NCBI GenBank assembly: GCA_016284045.1
Contig: JAEEOB010000071.1
Coordinates: 2,394 to 66,393, forward strand
DNA: 64,000 nucleotides
Direction: 5' to 3'
Source: Bacteroidaceae bacterium
GTDB taxonomy: Bacteria > Bacteroidota > Bacteroidia > Bacteroidales > Bacteroidaceae
The notes under the pieces are model-generated. The model did not search any database, had not been told where the DNA came from, and was given only the letters and a program-made list of their open reading frames with translations. The translations under genes were made by a program, and so were the position numbers. The first letter of the stretch is position 1; each line of letters opens with the position of its first letter. Below are positions 17,931-26,875 of the stretch, piece by piece.

Positions 17931-18007
17931 GGATTCTAGGGGTTCCTAGGATTTTCTAGGGTTTCCTAGGGGTTTCTAGGGGTTCCTGGGGGTTTCTAGG
18001 ATTTCTA
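17931..18007. repeat. tandem decamer GGTTYCTAGG x7.7 in the nqrA-nqrB spacer
   Basis: ggattctagg ggttcctagg attttctagg gtttcctagg ggtttctagg ggttcctggg ggtttctagg atttcta, followed by a 14-bp word caactaaaaactaa x2.7 (18014-18051). Confidence 0.9.
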
Positions 18008-18053
18008 TTAAAACAACTAAAAACTAACAACTAAAAACTAACAACTAAAAGAA

Positions 18054-19403
18054 TCATGCATTTTCTTTGCGTAGCATATCAAGTCCCTCACGCACAATAC
18101 GCTGCAGTTCCAGCTTGGAGCTATCGACGAACTCCGCCATGGCGAAGTCCTCTGGAGCCACCTCATAGATACCGAGTGCCTCCATACGGTCGATGTCGCC
18201 GGCGATAATCGCCTTAATCAGCTGTTCAGGCATGATGTCCATCGGGAACACACTCTCGTATTCACCCGACATGATGCAATGACGATAGCCGCCTTTGATT
18301 CGTGCGTCGCACACATATTCCTTCTTCTTTCCCTGTAGCCAGGAGAAGTAAGTACGGCTGGCAGAGAACTGCTTCAGACGCGGCATGATCCATCCGAACG
18401 CCTCGTTCGCATCGTCACCCTCCGGGATGGCAGTCACCTCTGTGGTGTGAGCCTGTAGGAAGTCTGTTGACTCTACTTTCGTGCCCGTTAGCGGATTGCC
18501 GTCGATCAGGCGCACTTTCTTATCGGTCTTCACATTTTCAGCAAGGATGTCGCCAATCAGCTGGCCGACTGTCACCTTCGCATAACATGGATTGACCATC
18601 TCGCTGCCTGCAACGGCAATTACGCGAGAGAAATCCACTTTGCCCGTGCTCACCACCTTGCCGATGAAAATCAGTTCCTCGGGCCCGATGGTCCATACCA
18701 CCTCACCCTTGTTGACCGGGTTGACATGATTGATCTGCACGCCCACATTACCAGCCGGGCATTTTCCGTCGAACACGGTCACCTTGGCATTCTCAGCTTT
18801 CAGGATAGCCACTGCTGCCCCGCGTTTCGCACCCAAATTGACCGGCGCGATCTTTGCCAGTGCATTGATTCCCGTCTGGAACGCATCCTCGTTGCCTTTC
18901 AGCGCCACCTCAAAGTCGGCAGCCAGTGGCATGTCGCAGAAAGTGGAGCAGAAGATGGCTTTCGGCTTGTCGTCAGGAGATGCCGTCACCGCGTATGGGC
19001 GCTGATTGATGTAAGCAAAGAGTCCTGCATCAAGCAGGAGCTTCTGCACATCGTCGGCAGTTGCTTTCGAGAGGTCGAGCTTGCCGAAATCCACATAGCT
19101 CTGCTTTGCGTCGGCCTCCACCTGGATGCTCAGCACTTTGCGGCGGTCGCCCCGCTCCACGGCCACCACTTTGCCGCTGACAGGAGACGTGAACTTCACT
19201 TCCGGATGCAGTTTATCAACAAACAACGCATCCCCGGCCTTCACCGTCATCCCTTCTTTCACCACCACTTTCGGCTTCACACCCACGAAAGCGTCGGGCA
19301 CGAGTCCATACACTTTCGATGGTTTTGGCGTTGTGATTTCCGATGATGGCTTTCCTGCAAGATTGACAGTAAGGCCTTTCTTAAGTTTGATTACATTCGC
19401 CAT
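18054..19403 (-). CDS. nqrA: Na+-NQR subunit A
   Basis: 449 aa soluble subunit, first gene of the operon. Confidence 0.95.
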   Translation of the reverse strand: MANVIKLKKGLTVNLAGKPSSEITTPKPSKVYGLVPDAFVGVKPKVVVKEGMTVKAGDALFVDKLHPEVKFTSPVSGKVVAVERGDRRKVLSIQVEADAKQSYVDFGKLDLSKATADDVQKLLLDAGLFAYINQRPYAVTASPDDKPKAIFCSTFCDMPLAADFEVALKGNEDAFQTGINALAKIAPVNLGAKRGAAVAILKAENAKVTVFDGKCPAGNVGVQINHVNPVNKGEVVWTIGPEELIFIGKVVSTGKVDFSRVIAVAGSEMVNPCYAKVTVGQLIGDILAENVKTDKKVRLIDGNPLTGTKVESTDFLQAHTTEVTAIPEGDDANEAFGWIMPRLKQFSASRTYFSWLQGKKKEYVCDARIKGGYRHCIMSGEYESVFPMDIMPEQLIKAIIAGDIDRMEALGIYEVAPEDFAMAEFVDSSKLELQRIVREGLDMLRKENA

Positions 19404-19458
19404 AAATTAAAAATATTGTTTAAGTATATATACCTTCTTTCTTACATACTTTAAAATG

Positions 19459-19466
19459 CAAAGTTA
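19459..19466 (-). promoter_or_regulatory. candidate -7 box TAACTTTG of the nqr operon
   Basis: Plus strand reads caaagtta, ~55 nt upstream of the nqrA ATG. Confidence 0.5.
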
Positions 19467-19581
19467 CAAAATAAATCGCATAATCAAGAACACAAAAACA
19501 AGATTTTTTAAAAAATGTAAAAATTTGCAGCCTGTAAAAAACATCTGCGACTGATTGCAAACACCATGTTGCAAATATATG

Positions 19582-19652
19582 ATTCAAGTTTTGAAGTAAA
19601 AAAAGGAAGCCGAGTTAATTTAAAGATTTAATTATGTATGATGTAAGATTTA
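19582..19652. repeat. 70-nt intergenic repeat (copy 2 of 2)
   Basis: Matches 12101-12170. Head fragments (caagtttc) recur at ~19803 (+) and 20141-20154 (inverted). Confidence 0.75.
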
Positions 19653-19846
19653 TGCAAGCGGTTCGGAATTTAAAAGGGAGTTAACGAGCCTGAGGCTCGT
19701 GGACGATAGTTTTGCCGATGATAAATCGATATTAGAATCACTCAAAAATAAACAGAACTTAATAATTATCAGCTTTTTTCAAATACTTGCGACAGTTGAA
19801 TTATTCAAGTTTCGGATGTTCAATCAACAAAAAAAGATAAAAAAAC

Positions 19847-19955
19847 GTTTTGTCATGGGCTGCGCCCAATGGTATGGATTGTAGCCATGCTTGCATGAAA
19901 ACAAGTTTTCAGCAACCATGCCCACAACCCATACCGCACTACGTGCTGACAAAAC
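19847..19955. repeat. 109-bp imperfect palindrome
   Basis: Outer arms GTTTTGTCA/TGACAAAAC. Middle 24-nt arms 19871-19894 / 19912-19935 (4 mismatches). Inner arms TGAAAAC/GTTTTCA. Confidence 0.75.
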
Positions 19956-20173
19956 TGAACAAAAAGTAGAACTTCGTTCTTCAAAAAACGCTTCGCTTAA
20001 CAAAAAAACTGATTAAGCGAGAGGAGAGGAATACTAGTTTTCACTATGCCGAGCGTGAAGTTTTTAGCCGGAGGCAAAAGCCATCCGGAGTGACTGCCAG
20101 AACATAACTGATAATGGGTTGGAAAACAATATATAATGACTTCAGAAACTTGAGTTGAATTACTAAATACTGA

Positions 20174-21043
20174 TTACGGATGATAGGGAGACTGATTCAA
20201 ATCCGGGTATTTCTGTGAAGGCCCATATTTGTTTGTGCCTTTATTGCTGTCGGTGCAGTTGAACACCAGGAACATAATCCAGATGGCAAGAGCCGCCAGG
20301 AAGAAAATCAGGATGACAGAGCCTGGAATATTCAAGATAGGATAAAAACTCTGGAAAACAGAAACGTCGATGCCCTGCTCACGATACACAGTAAGTACTT
20401 CTGGCACATTGTATATCATATACACAATCAAATAGAATAAACAGACATAGAAGAACACCGTGCTGAGCACCTGCAGCCAGATTAACTGTCCGCTTTTTCC
20501 GATGTCGTGGAGACGGCGGCACTGAAGCGCGAACGTAGGAACAATCAAGACAATCGAAACCAGATAATATAGCTGCGTTGCTCCGACAAGACTGAAAACC
20601 AGACTCAACAGAAACTGGAACAGATACACATACCAGAACTCAGAGCGGCGTGAACGCCCTGTGAACGTAGCAAATTGAGTGAAAAACAGCTTGATGCTCT
20701 CGATAAAACCAGGCTGCGGACCAATGGCCGGGGGATTATAAGGCGGAAACGGACCGGGCATGGGACCGGGAAGCGGACCAGGAGGCGGACCAGGAGGCGG
20801 ACCAGGCCGACCGCCACCAGGGTTATAGCCGTAAGGATTCTGTTGTCCACCTTGCTGATAAGGCTGACCACCGTATGTATTTGGCTGACCTCCCTGTGGA
20901 GGATTAGGTTGGCCACCGTATGTATTTGGCTGACCTCCCTGTGGAGGATTAAGTTGACCACCTTGAGGATTCGGCTGACCGCCATTCTGACCAATTTGCC
21001 GGGTCTGATCAGGATCATCCCACCATTGATTGTTGTCGTTCAT
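20174..21043 (-). CDS. DUF805-family membrane protein with a Gly/Gln/Pro-rich N-terminal region
   Basis: 289 aa. GRSRRSEFWYVYLF...CRRLHDIGKSG is typical of DUF805. The N-terminal low-complexity region is encoded partly by a 45-bp tandem repeat (20868-20957). Confidence 0.8.
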   Translation of the reverse strand: MNDNNQWWDDPDQTRQIGQNGGQPNPQGGQLNPPQGGQPNTYGGQPNPPQGGQPNTYGGQPYQQGGQQNPYGYNPGGGRPGPPPGPPPGPLPGPMPGPFPPYNPPAIGPQPGFIESIKLFFTQFATFTGRSRRSEFWYVYLFQFLLSLVFSLVGATQLYYLVSIVLIVPTFALQCRRLHDIGKSGQLIWLQVLSTVFFYVCLFYLIVYMIYNVPEVLTVYREQGIDVSVFQSFYPILNIPGSVILIFFLAALAIWIMFLVFNCTDSNKGTNKYGPSQKYPDLNQSPYHP

Positions 21044-21083
21044 AATGCACTTGATTTTTCGTGTTTTATTTTCAATTTATAAG

Positions 21084-21091
21084 CAAAGTTA
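21084..21091 (-). promoter_or_regulatory. candidate -7 box TAACTTTG for the DUF805 gene
   Basis: Plus strand reads caaagtta, ~40 nt upstream of the ATG at 21043. Confidence 0.45.
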
Positions 21092-21134
21092 CAAAAAAAA
21101 CATAAATCATTAAGCAAAATCGTAAAAATCTTTG

Positions 21135-21142
21135 TATCTTTG
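21135..21142 (+). promoter_or_regulatory. candidate -7 box TATCTTTG for the GH127-like gene
   Basis: Read directly from the sequence; divergent from the DUF805 promoter. Confidence 0.4.
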
Positions 21143-21277
21143 CAAATATTTTCGTCTTCCGCTGACAAAATGACGGAATTACGACGGATAACAAACACCC
21201 CAAAACGGTTCAGAAAAAAACGGATGGTCCGGAAAAGCCGGAATATCCGAAATAATCAAACAACTAAAAACTCGTAT

Positions 21278-24200
21278 ATGAGACACCTGATCTACAAACT
21301 CTTCCTCACAGTGACAGTCATGCTCTCGCCACTGTTCGCATACGGGCAGAGCGAGATATACCCCCAGCATTTCGACCTGGAGGAAGTCACCTTGTTGGAC
21401 TCCCCGTTCAAGACCGCCATGCAGACCAACAACAAACTGCTGCTGCAATACGATGTGGACAGGCTGCTCACCCCGTTCATCCGTGAGGCAAAACTCACAG
21501 GCAAGGAAGGGAAATACAAGTACTGGCTCTCACAGCATCCCAGTTTCTCCAACTGGGGACTCGACAGCTGGTCGCTTGAGGGACACGTGGGAGGTCATTA
21601 TCTCACCGCCCTGGCACTGGCCTACGCCGCCGCCACCGATGAGACGACAAAGACTAAGATGAAGGAACGGCTCGACTATATGCTTGAGATACTGAAAGAC
21701 TGCCAGGATGCCTACACCGGTAACACCGCCGGCATGGAGGGCTTTATCGGCGGTCAACCCATCACACAGATATGGACCGGACTTTACTCCAACAACCTTG
21801 AACCGTTCCGCCAGTACGGCGGATGGGTGCCATTCTACTGCCAGCACAAAGTGCTCGCCGGTCTGCGTGACGCTTGGATTTACACCGGCAGCGAGCTGGC
21901 CAGAGACTTGTACAAGGGCGTGTGCGACTGGTCGGTGAAAGTGGTGAGCAAACTCAGCGACAGCGACATGCAGAACGTATTAGGCTGGGAGCACGGAGGC
22001 ATGAACGAGACCCTCGCCGACGCGGCAGCGCTTTTCGGCGAGAGCAAATATCTTACCGCCGCCGTGAAATACAGCCACAAGTACATGATTGACAACATGC
22101 AGACGCTCAACAAGACGTTTCTTGACGGCAAGCATGCCAACACGCAGGTGCCAAAATACATCGGATTCGAGCGTATCTGCCAGGAATATCTCAGAAAAGG
22201 GAACACCACAGCCGCCACCACCTACAAGAAAGCTGCACACAACTTCTGGAAAGATGTGGCAGAGAACCGCACCGTCTGCATAGGAGGCAACAGCGTCAGC
22301 GAACATTTCCAGTCGGCTGCCAACGGCGCACAATACATCAACAACCTGGAAGGTCCGGAGAGTTGCAACTCCAACAACATGCTTAAGCTCAGCGAAATGC
22401 TGTTTGATGAAACCCACGACGCAGCCTACGCTGACTTTTATGAGAGCACCACATGGAACCACATCCTGTCCACCCAGGATCCGAAGACCGGTGGCTACGT
22501 GTATTTCACCACCCTTCGTCCTCAGTCGTACAGAATCTACTCACAGGTGAACAAGGGCATGTGGTGCTGCGTGGGCACCGGCATGGAGAACCATGCGAAA
22601 TACGGACATTTCATCTATACCCACACCGAGGACAACCAGACACTCTATGTCAACCTGTTCACCGCCTCAAAACTGACCAGCGAGCATTTCGCCCTCACCC
22701 AGCAGACACAGTTCCCATACGAGCAGGGGACAACCATCACCATCGACAAAAGCGGTGAATACACGCTGGCTGTCCGTCACCCCGCATGGGCAGGCGAAGG
22801 ATTCAGCGTGAGCGTGAACGGATCGGCAGTCAACGCCGCCGTGAAAACAGGCACCGCCTCCTACGTGGAGATATCACGCCAATGGAATCAGGGCGATGTC
22901 GTGACAGTAAGCCTGCCGATGTCACTTCGCTATGAGGCCTGTCCGAACTACACCGATTATATCGCATTCAAATACGGACCTATCCTCCTTGCCGCCCAGA
23001 CCACAGCCGCTTCTGCCTCAGAAGCGAGAAACACCGGTCTGAAATACGAGAGCCTGAAAAACGAATATGCCGGCGAGGGCCGTATGGACCACTCACCCGG
23101 TGCGATGGCAAGCAGCCTGAGTCTGCAGTCGGCTCCCCTCCTTATCGGCGAACGCAATGATGTGCTCAGCAGAATCACGGTAAACGACCAGAGCGCATCC
23201 ACCCTCACCTTCGACATCGACGCTTCGAGCGAGAAGAGCACAGGCGGTTGGACCACCCTCAAGCTCGTGCCTTTTTACTCCATCCACCACGCACGCTATC
23301 AATGCTACTGGTATCAGCAGACAGAAGAGGGATATGCCCAGAGCGACATGGGCAAAGCCGACGCCGAGGCAGCACTGATAAACGCCAGAACCGTGGATTA
23401 TGTCGCCACGGGCGAGCAGCAGAGCGAAGCAGGCCACGACGCAGTCTATAAGAACTCGTCGAGCGGCCCTTATCAGAACGAGACCTACCGCGACTGCTCA
23501 CAGGGCGGTTATATCCAATACACACTTGCCAATCCCGAGCACCTCACCGACAGCCTGTCGATACTCTGCCGGTTCACCACCGCGGACAAAGACCGCAAAT
23601 GCAACATCTATATCGACGGCAAGCTGCTTGTGGAGGGTTACACCATACCATCGTCACAGAAAGGTGCAAACAGCAACGGATTCTACAACATTGAATTCCC
23701 GCTCGCAAAGGAATACCTTCTCGACGAGTCAGGCAACGTGAAAGACAAGCTGGTGTTCAAGATAGAGCCGGCAGGCACCTACCATGCCCCGGGATTATAC
23801 TTCCTACGGCTGATGAGAGGCTACAACGACCATGAATATGTGTTCTACGCGCCCGACTGGGTGACTGGCGACGCAGGCCGTGTCGCACAGAGCAACATCA
23901 GTTACGACACGGCAGAAAACACCATCACCATCAAAGCGACAGGCGACAACAACGTTTGCCTGTCGCTTGATTATAAGAACTGCGAATATTACGTGACTGG
24001 AACCAAGCAGTTTCTCGTGGTGAAAGGAAAAGGTCTGAGCGCCACCAGCAGCAAAAGCTACCTGTGGTGGCTCAACGGAGTGAACAAAGGCAGCAGCGTA
24101 CAGCCCACCACCCGCAAACGAACCGACGACGGCGATATGGTGATTGCCTGGAAATTGTCATCGACCAATCTCGACGGCAACTGTCAGGGTGACCGCTGGA

Positions 24201-24496
24201 GCATCTGCGAGGGGATGACCATCTTCGGGCTGACCGCCCTAAGCGGAACCGCTGAGATTAGCTACATAGGCTTTGAGACCTCAGTTGAGGACTATCTCGA
24301 GAAAATCAAACGGATTCCAGGCGATGTCAACCTCGACAAGGTGGTGAATATCAGCGACGTCGTGGCAATTATCAACCAGATGGCAGGTACAGCCGCCTAC
24401 AAATATGCAGATGTCAACACCGACGGGAAAGTGGATATCTCCGATATCGTCAGTGTCATAAACATCATGGCAGAGAGCAAGGGAAATGGAGAGTGA
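21278..24496 (+). CDS. GH127-like (DUF1680, beta-L-arabinofuranosidase family) enzyme with extra modules and a C-terminal type-I dockerin
   Basis: The track ORF starts at TTG 21140. The ATG at 21278 (MRHLIYKLFLTVTVMLSPLFAYGQ) gives a signal peptide. Family motifs: HVGGHYLTALALAY, YCQHKVLAGLRDAW, MWCCVGTGMENH. C-terminal dockerin repeats GDVNLDKVVNISDVVAIINQMAG and ADVNTDGKVDISDIVSVINIMA. Confidence 0.8.
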   Translation: MRHLIYKLFLTVTVMLSPLFAYGQSEIYPQHFDLEEVTLLDSPFKTAMQTNNKLLLQYDVDRLLTPFIREAKLTGKEGKYKYWLSQHPSFSNWGLDSWSLEGHVGGHYLTALALAYAAATDETTKTKMKERLDYMLEILKDCQDAYTGNTAGMEGFIGGQPITQIWTGLYSNNLEPFRQYGGWVPFYCQHKVLAGLRDAWIYTGSELARDLYKGVCDWSVKVVSKLSDSDMQNVLGWEHGGMNETLADAAALFGESKYLTAAVKYSHKYMIDNMQTLNKTFLDGKHANTQVPKYIGFERICQEYLRKGNTTAATTYKKAAHNFWKDVAENRTVCIGGNSVSEHFQSAANGAQYINNLEGPESCNSNNMLKLSEMLFDETHDAAYADFYESTTWNHILSTQDPKTGGYVYFTTLRPQSYRIYSQVNKGMWCCVGTGMENHAKYGHFIYTHTEDNQTLYVNLFTASKLTSEHFALTQQTQFPYEQGTTITIDKSGEYTLAVRHPAWAGEGFSVSVNGSAVNAAVKTGTASYVEISRQWNQGDVVTVSLPMSLRYEACPNYTDYIAFKYGPILLAAQTTAASASEARNTGLKYESLKNEYAGEGRMDHSPGAMASSLSLQSAPLLIGERNDVLSRITVNDQSASTLTFDIDASSEKSTGGWTTLKLVPFYSIHHARYQCYWYQQTEEGYAQSDMGKADAEAALINARTVDYVATGEQQSEAGHDAVYKNSSSGPYQNETYRDCSQGGYIQYTLANPEHLTDSLSILCRFTTADKDRKCNIYIDGKLLVEGYTIPSSQKGANSNGFYNIEFPLAKEYLLDESGNVKDKLVFKIEPAGTYHAPGLYFLRLMRGYNDHEYVFYAPDWVTGDAGRVAQSNISYDTAENTITIKATGDNNVCLSLDYKNCEYYVTGTKQFLVVKGKGLSATSSKSYLWWLNGVNKGSSVQPTTRKRTDDGDMVIAWKLSSTNLDGNCQGDRWSICEGMTIFGLTALSGTAEISYIGFETSVEDYLEKIKRIPGDVNLDKVVNISDVVAIINQMAGTAAYKYADVNTDGKVDISDIVSVINIMAESKGNGE

Positions 24497-24513
24497 AGAG
24501 TGAAAAGTGTATT

Positions 24514-24521
24514 TACTTTTG
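24514..24521 (+). promoter_or_regulatory. candidate -7 box TACTTTTG of the ior operon
   Basis: ~85 nt upstream of the iorA ATG. The leader contains CTATAAAC words. Confidence 0.35.
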
Positions 24522-24608
24522 CTGATGATTTACTTTATTCTCAGCTATAAACACTCATCTATAAACTAAAAACTATAAACTATAAACTAAATAATAAATA
24601 ATAATAAG

Positions 24609-26207
24609 ATGAAACGATTATTATTAGGCGACGAGGCCATCGCACTGGGAGCACTCCATGCCGGACTGTCCGGCGTGTATGCTTATCCCGGCACCCCGTC
24701 CACAGAGATTACAGAGTTTATTCAGTCAGACCCGCTGGCCAAGGAACGTAAGGTTCACAGCCGCTGGTGTACGAACGAGAAGACGGCAATGGAAGCTGCT
24801 CTCGGCATGTCGTTCATGGGCAAGCGCGCCCTCGTGTGCATGAAGCACGTGGGTCTGAACGTATGTGCCGACCCGTTTGTGAACTCCGGTATCACCGGTG
24901 TTAACGGCGGTGTGGTTGTTCTTGTGGCCGACGACCCATCAATGCATTCTTCCCAGGACGAGCAAGACAGCCGTTTCTACGGCAAGTTCGCCATGATTCC
25001 CACGTTCGAGCCCAGCTCCCAGCAGGAGGCATACGACATGATGTCGGTGGCGTTCGACTATTCAGAGCAGCAGAAGCTGCCGGTTCTCATGCGCGTGGTT
25101 ACGCGAATGGCACACTCCAGAGCCGCCGTTGAAGTGGCAAGCGAGCCGCGTCCAGAGAACGCGCTGAACTACAACGCTGAGGCAAGCCACTGGGTGCTTC
25201 TGCCGGCAAACGCCCGCAAACGCAACATCACGCTGACCAGCCAGCAGGCAATTCTGGAGACCGATGCCCAGCAATCACCATACAACCGATATATCGACGG
25301 CGATGACAAGTCGATGGGTATCATCGCAAGCGGAATCGCCTTCAACTACGTAAACGAATGTTTCCCAGATGGAAGCCCCTACCCCATCCTGAAAATCTCA
25401 CAGTATCCGCTTCCGAAAGGGTTGGTCCGCCAGTTGTGTGATGCATGTGACAGTGTTCTCGTTGTGGAAGACGGCCAGCCGTTCATCGAGGACATGCTGC
25501 GCGGCGTGATGCCCGGCAACACGGTGGTGAAAGGCCGTCTGACTGGTGAACTGCCCCGTACAGGCGAGCTGACTCCCGATGTTGTCAGAAACGCATTAGG
25601 TCTGCCCTCACAGGAATGTTATGCTCCATGTGAGGATGTGGTGCCACGTCCGCCGGCACTTTGTCAGGGCTGCGGTCACCGCGACGTATATACCGCACTC
25701 AACAAGGTGCTGCTCGATTATGAGAATCCCCGCGTGTTTGGCGATATCGGCTGCTACACCCTCGGATTCCTCCCTCCGTTCCATGCCATCCACTCCTGTG
25801 TAGATATGGGAGCCAGCATCACGATGGCCAAAGGTGCCGCTGATGCAGGACAATGGCCGGCAGTGGCTGTCATCGGTGACTCCACCTTCACTCACAGCGG
25901 CATGACCGGCCTGCTCGACGCCATCAACGAGAATGCCAACATCACTGTCATCATCAGCGACAACCTCACTACGGGCATGACCGGAGGGCAGGACTCCGCC
26001 GGCACCAACAAGTTTGAGGCTATCTGCCGCGGTCTTGGTCTGAGCGACGAACATCTGCATGTGGTGGTGCCACTTCCGAAGAACATGGATGAAATCACAC
26101 GCATCATCAAGCAGGAGATTGAATATCAGGGCACATCCGTGATTATCCCGCGCCGCGAGTGCATCCAGACCTTCCAGCGTCATCTGAAACAGAAAAAAGC
26201 CAAGTGA
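24609..26207 (+). CDS. iorA: indolepyruvate:ferredoxin oxidoreductase alpha subunit
   Basis: 532 aa. MKRLLLGDEAIALGALHAGLSGVYAYPGTPSTEI is typical. TPP-binding region GDSTFTHSG. CxxC cluster motif (ALCQGCGH). Confidence 0.93.
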   Translation: MKRLLLGDEAIALGALHAGLSGVYAYPGTPSTEITEFIQSDPLAKERKVHSRWCTNEKTAMEAALGMSFMGKRALVCMKHVGLNVCADPFVNSGITGVNGGVVVLVADDPSMHSSQDEQDSRFYGKFAMIPTFEPSSQQEAYDMMSVAFDYSEQQKLPVLMRVVTRMAHSRAAVEVASEPRPENALNYNAEASHWVLLPANARKRNITLTSQQAILETDAQQSPYNRYIDGDDKSMGIIASGIAFNYVNECFPDGSPYPILKISQYPLPKGLVRQLCDACDSVLVVEDGQPFIEDMLRGVMPGNTVVKGRLTGELPRTGELTPDVVRNALGLPSQECYAPCEDVVPRPPALCQGCGHRDVYTALNKVLLDYENPRVFGDIGCYTLGFLPPFHAIHSCVDMGASITMAKGAADAGQWPAVAVIGDSTFTHSGMTGLLDAINENANITVIISDNLTTGMTGGQDSAGTNKFEAICRGLGLSDEHLHVVVPLPKNMDEITRIIKQEIEYQGTSVIIPRRECIQTFQRHLKQKKAK

Positions 26208-26302
26208 TTTACGATTTACAATTTACGATTTATTTGGAAATTAATCTGTTTAGCTGTTTTTCAAGCTATAGCGGATAATGGTAATAAATAAAAAGAACAA
26301 TC

Positions 26303-26875
26303 ATGAAATCTGATATCATATTATGCGGTGTAGGAGGTCAGGGAATCCTCTCCATCGCCACAGTTATCGGCGAAGCCGCCATGAACGAGAACTTGTATAT
26401 CAAACAAGCTGAGGTACACGGAATGTCTCAGCGTGGCGGTGACGTGCAGAGCAACCTGCGCATCTCCTCCGACCCTATCAACAGCGACCTGATTGCCAAG
26501 GGCAGTGCCGACGTGATTATATCCATGGAGCCGATGGAGGCGCTCCGTTATCTACCTTATCTGAAGAAAGAAGGCTGGATAATCACCTCATCCACTCCCT
26601 TTGTCAACATCCCCAACTATCCCGACATGGAGAAAATCAACGCCAATCTTGACCAGCTTCCCAACGTCATCAGAATCGACATCGAGCAGATGGCCAAGGA
26701 CAACAACATCCCACGCTCTGCCAACATCATCCTGCTTGGAGCTGCACAGAAAGCTCTGGGCATCGAGTATCAGAAGCTGGAAACAGCCATCCGGAGCATC
26801 TTCGGCCGCAAAGGCGAAGCCGTGGTGGAAGCCAATATCAAAGCCCTGGCACTGGGGAAGGAGGCGCAAAAATGA
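26303..26875 (+). CDS. iorB: indolepyruvate:ferredoxin oxidoreductase beta subunit
   Basis: 190 aa. ILCGVGGQGILS N-terminus is typical of the OFOR gamma-like subunit. Follows iorA. Confidence 0.93.
   Translation: MKSDIILCGVGGQGILSIATVIGEAAMNENLYIKQAEVHGMSQRGGDVQSNLRISSDPINSDLIAKGSADVIISMEPMEALRYLPYLKKEGWIITSSTPFVNIPNYPDMEKINANLDQLPNVIRIDIEQMAKDNNIPRSANIILLGAAQKALGIEYQKLETAIRSIFGRKGEAVVEANIKALALGKEAQK

Noticed and set aside
17931-18051. Possible CRISPR array among the many short tandem repeats
   Set aside because: The periods are 7-14 bp with no unique spacers of 25-40 bp, and no cas genes are present. These are micro/minisatellite-like word repeats, not CRISPR.
19699-19884. 61-aa ORF in the gene-free region upstream of nqrA
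   Set aside because: It overlaps the palindrome and repeat modules, and it has a low-complexity sequence and no promoter box. It is most likely non-coding.
21140-21277. N-terminal extensions proposed by the ORF track (TTG 21140 for the GH127-like gene; 52398-52472 for GH43; 53176-53250 for trmN6)
   Set aside because: The internal ATGs give canonical signal peptides or family-typical N-termini. The extensions overlap a promoter box or a repeat element.
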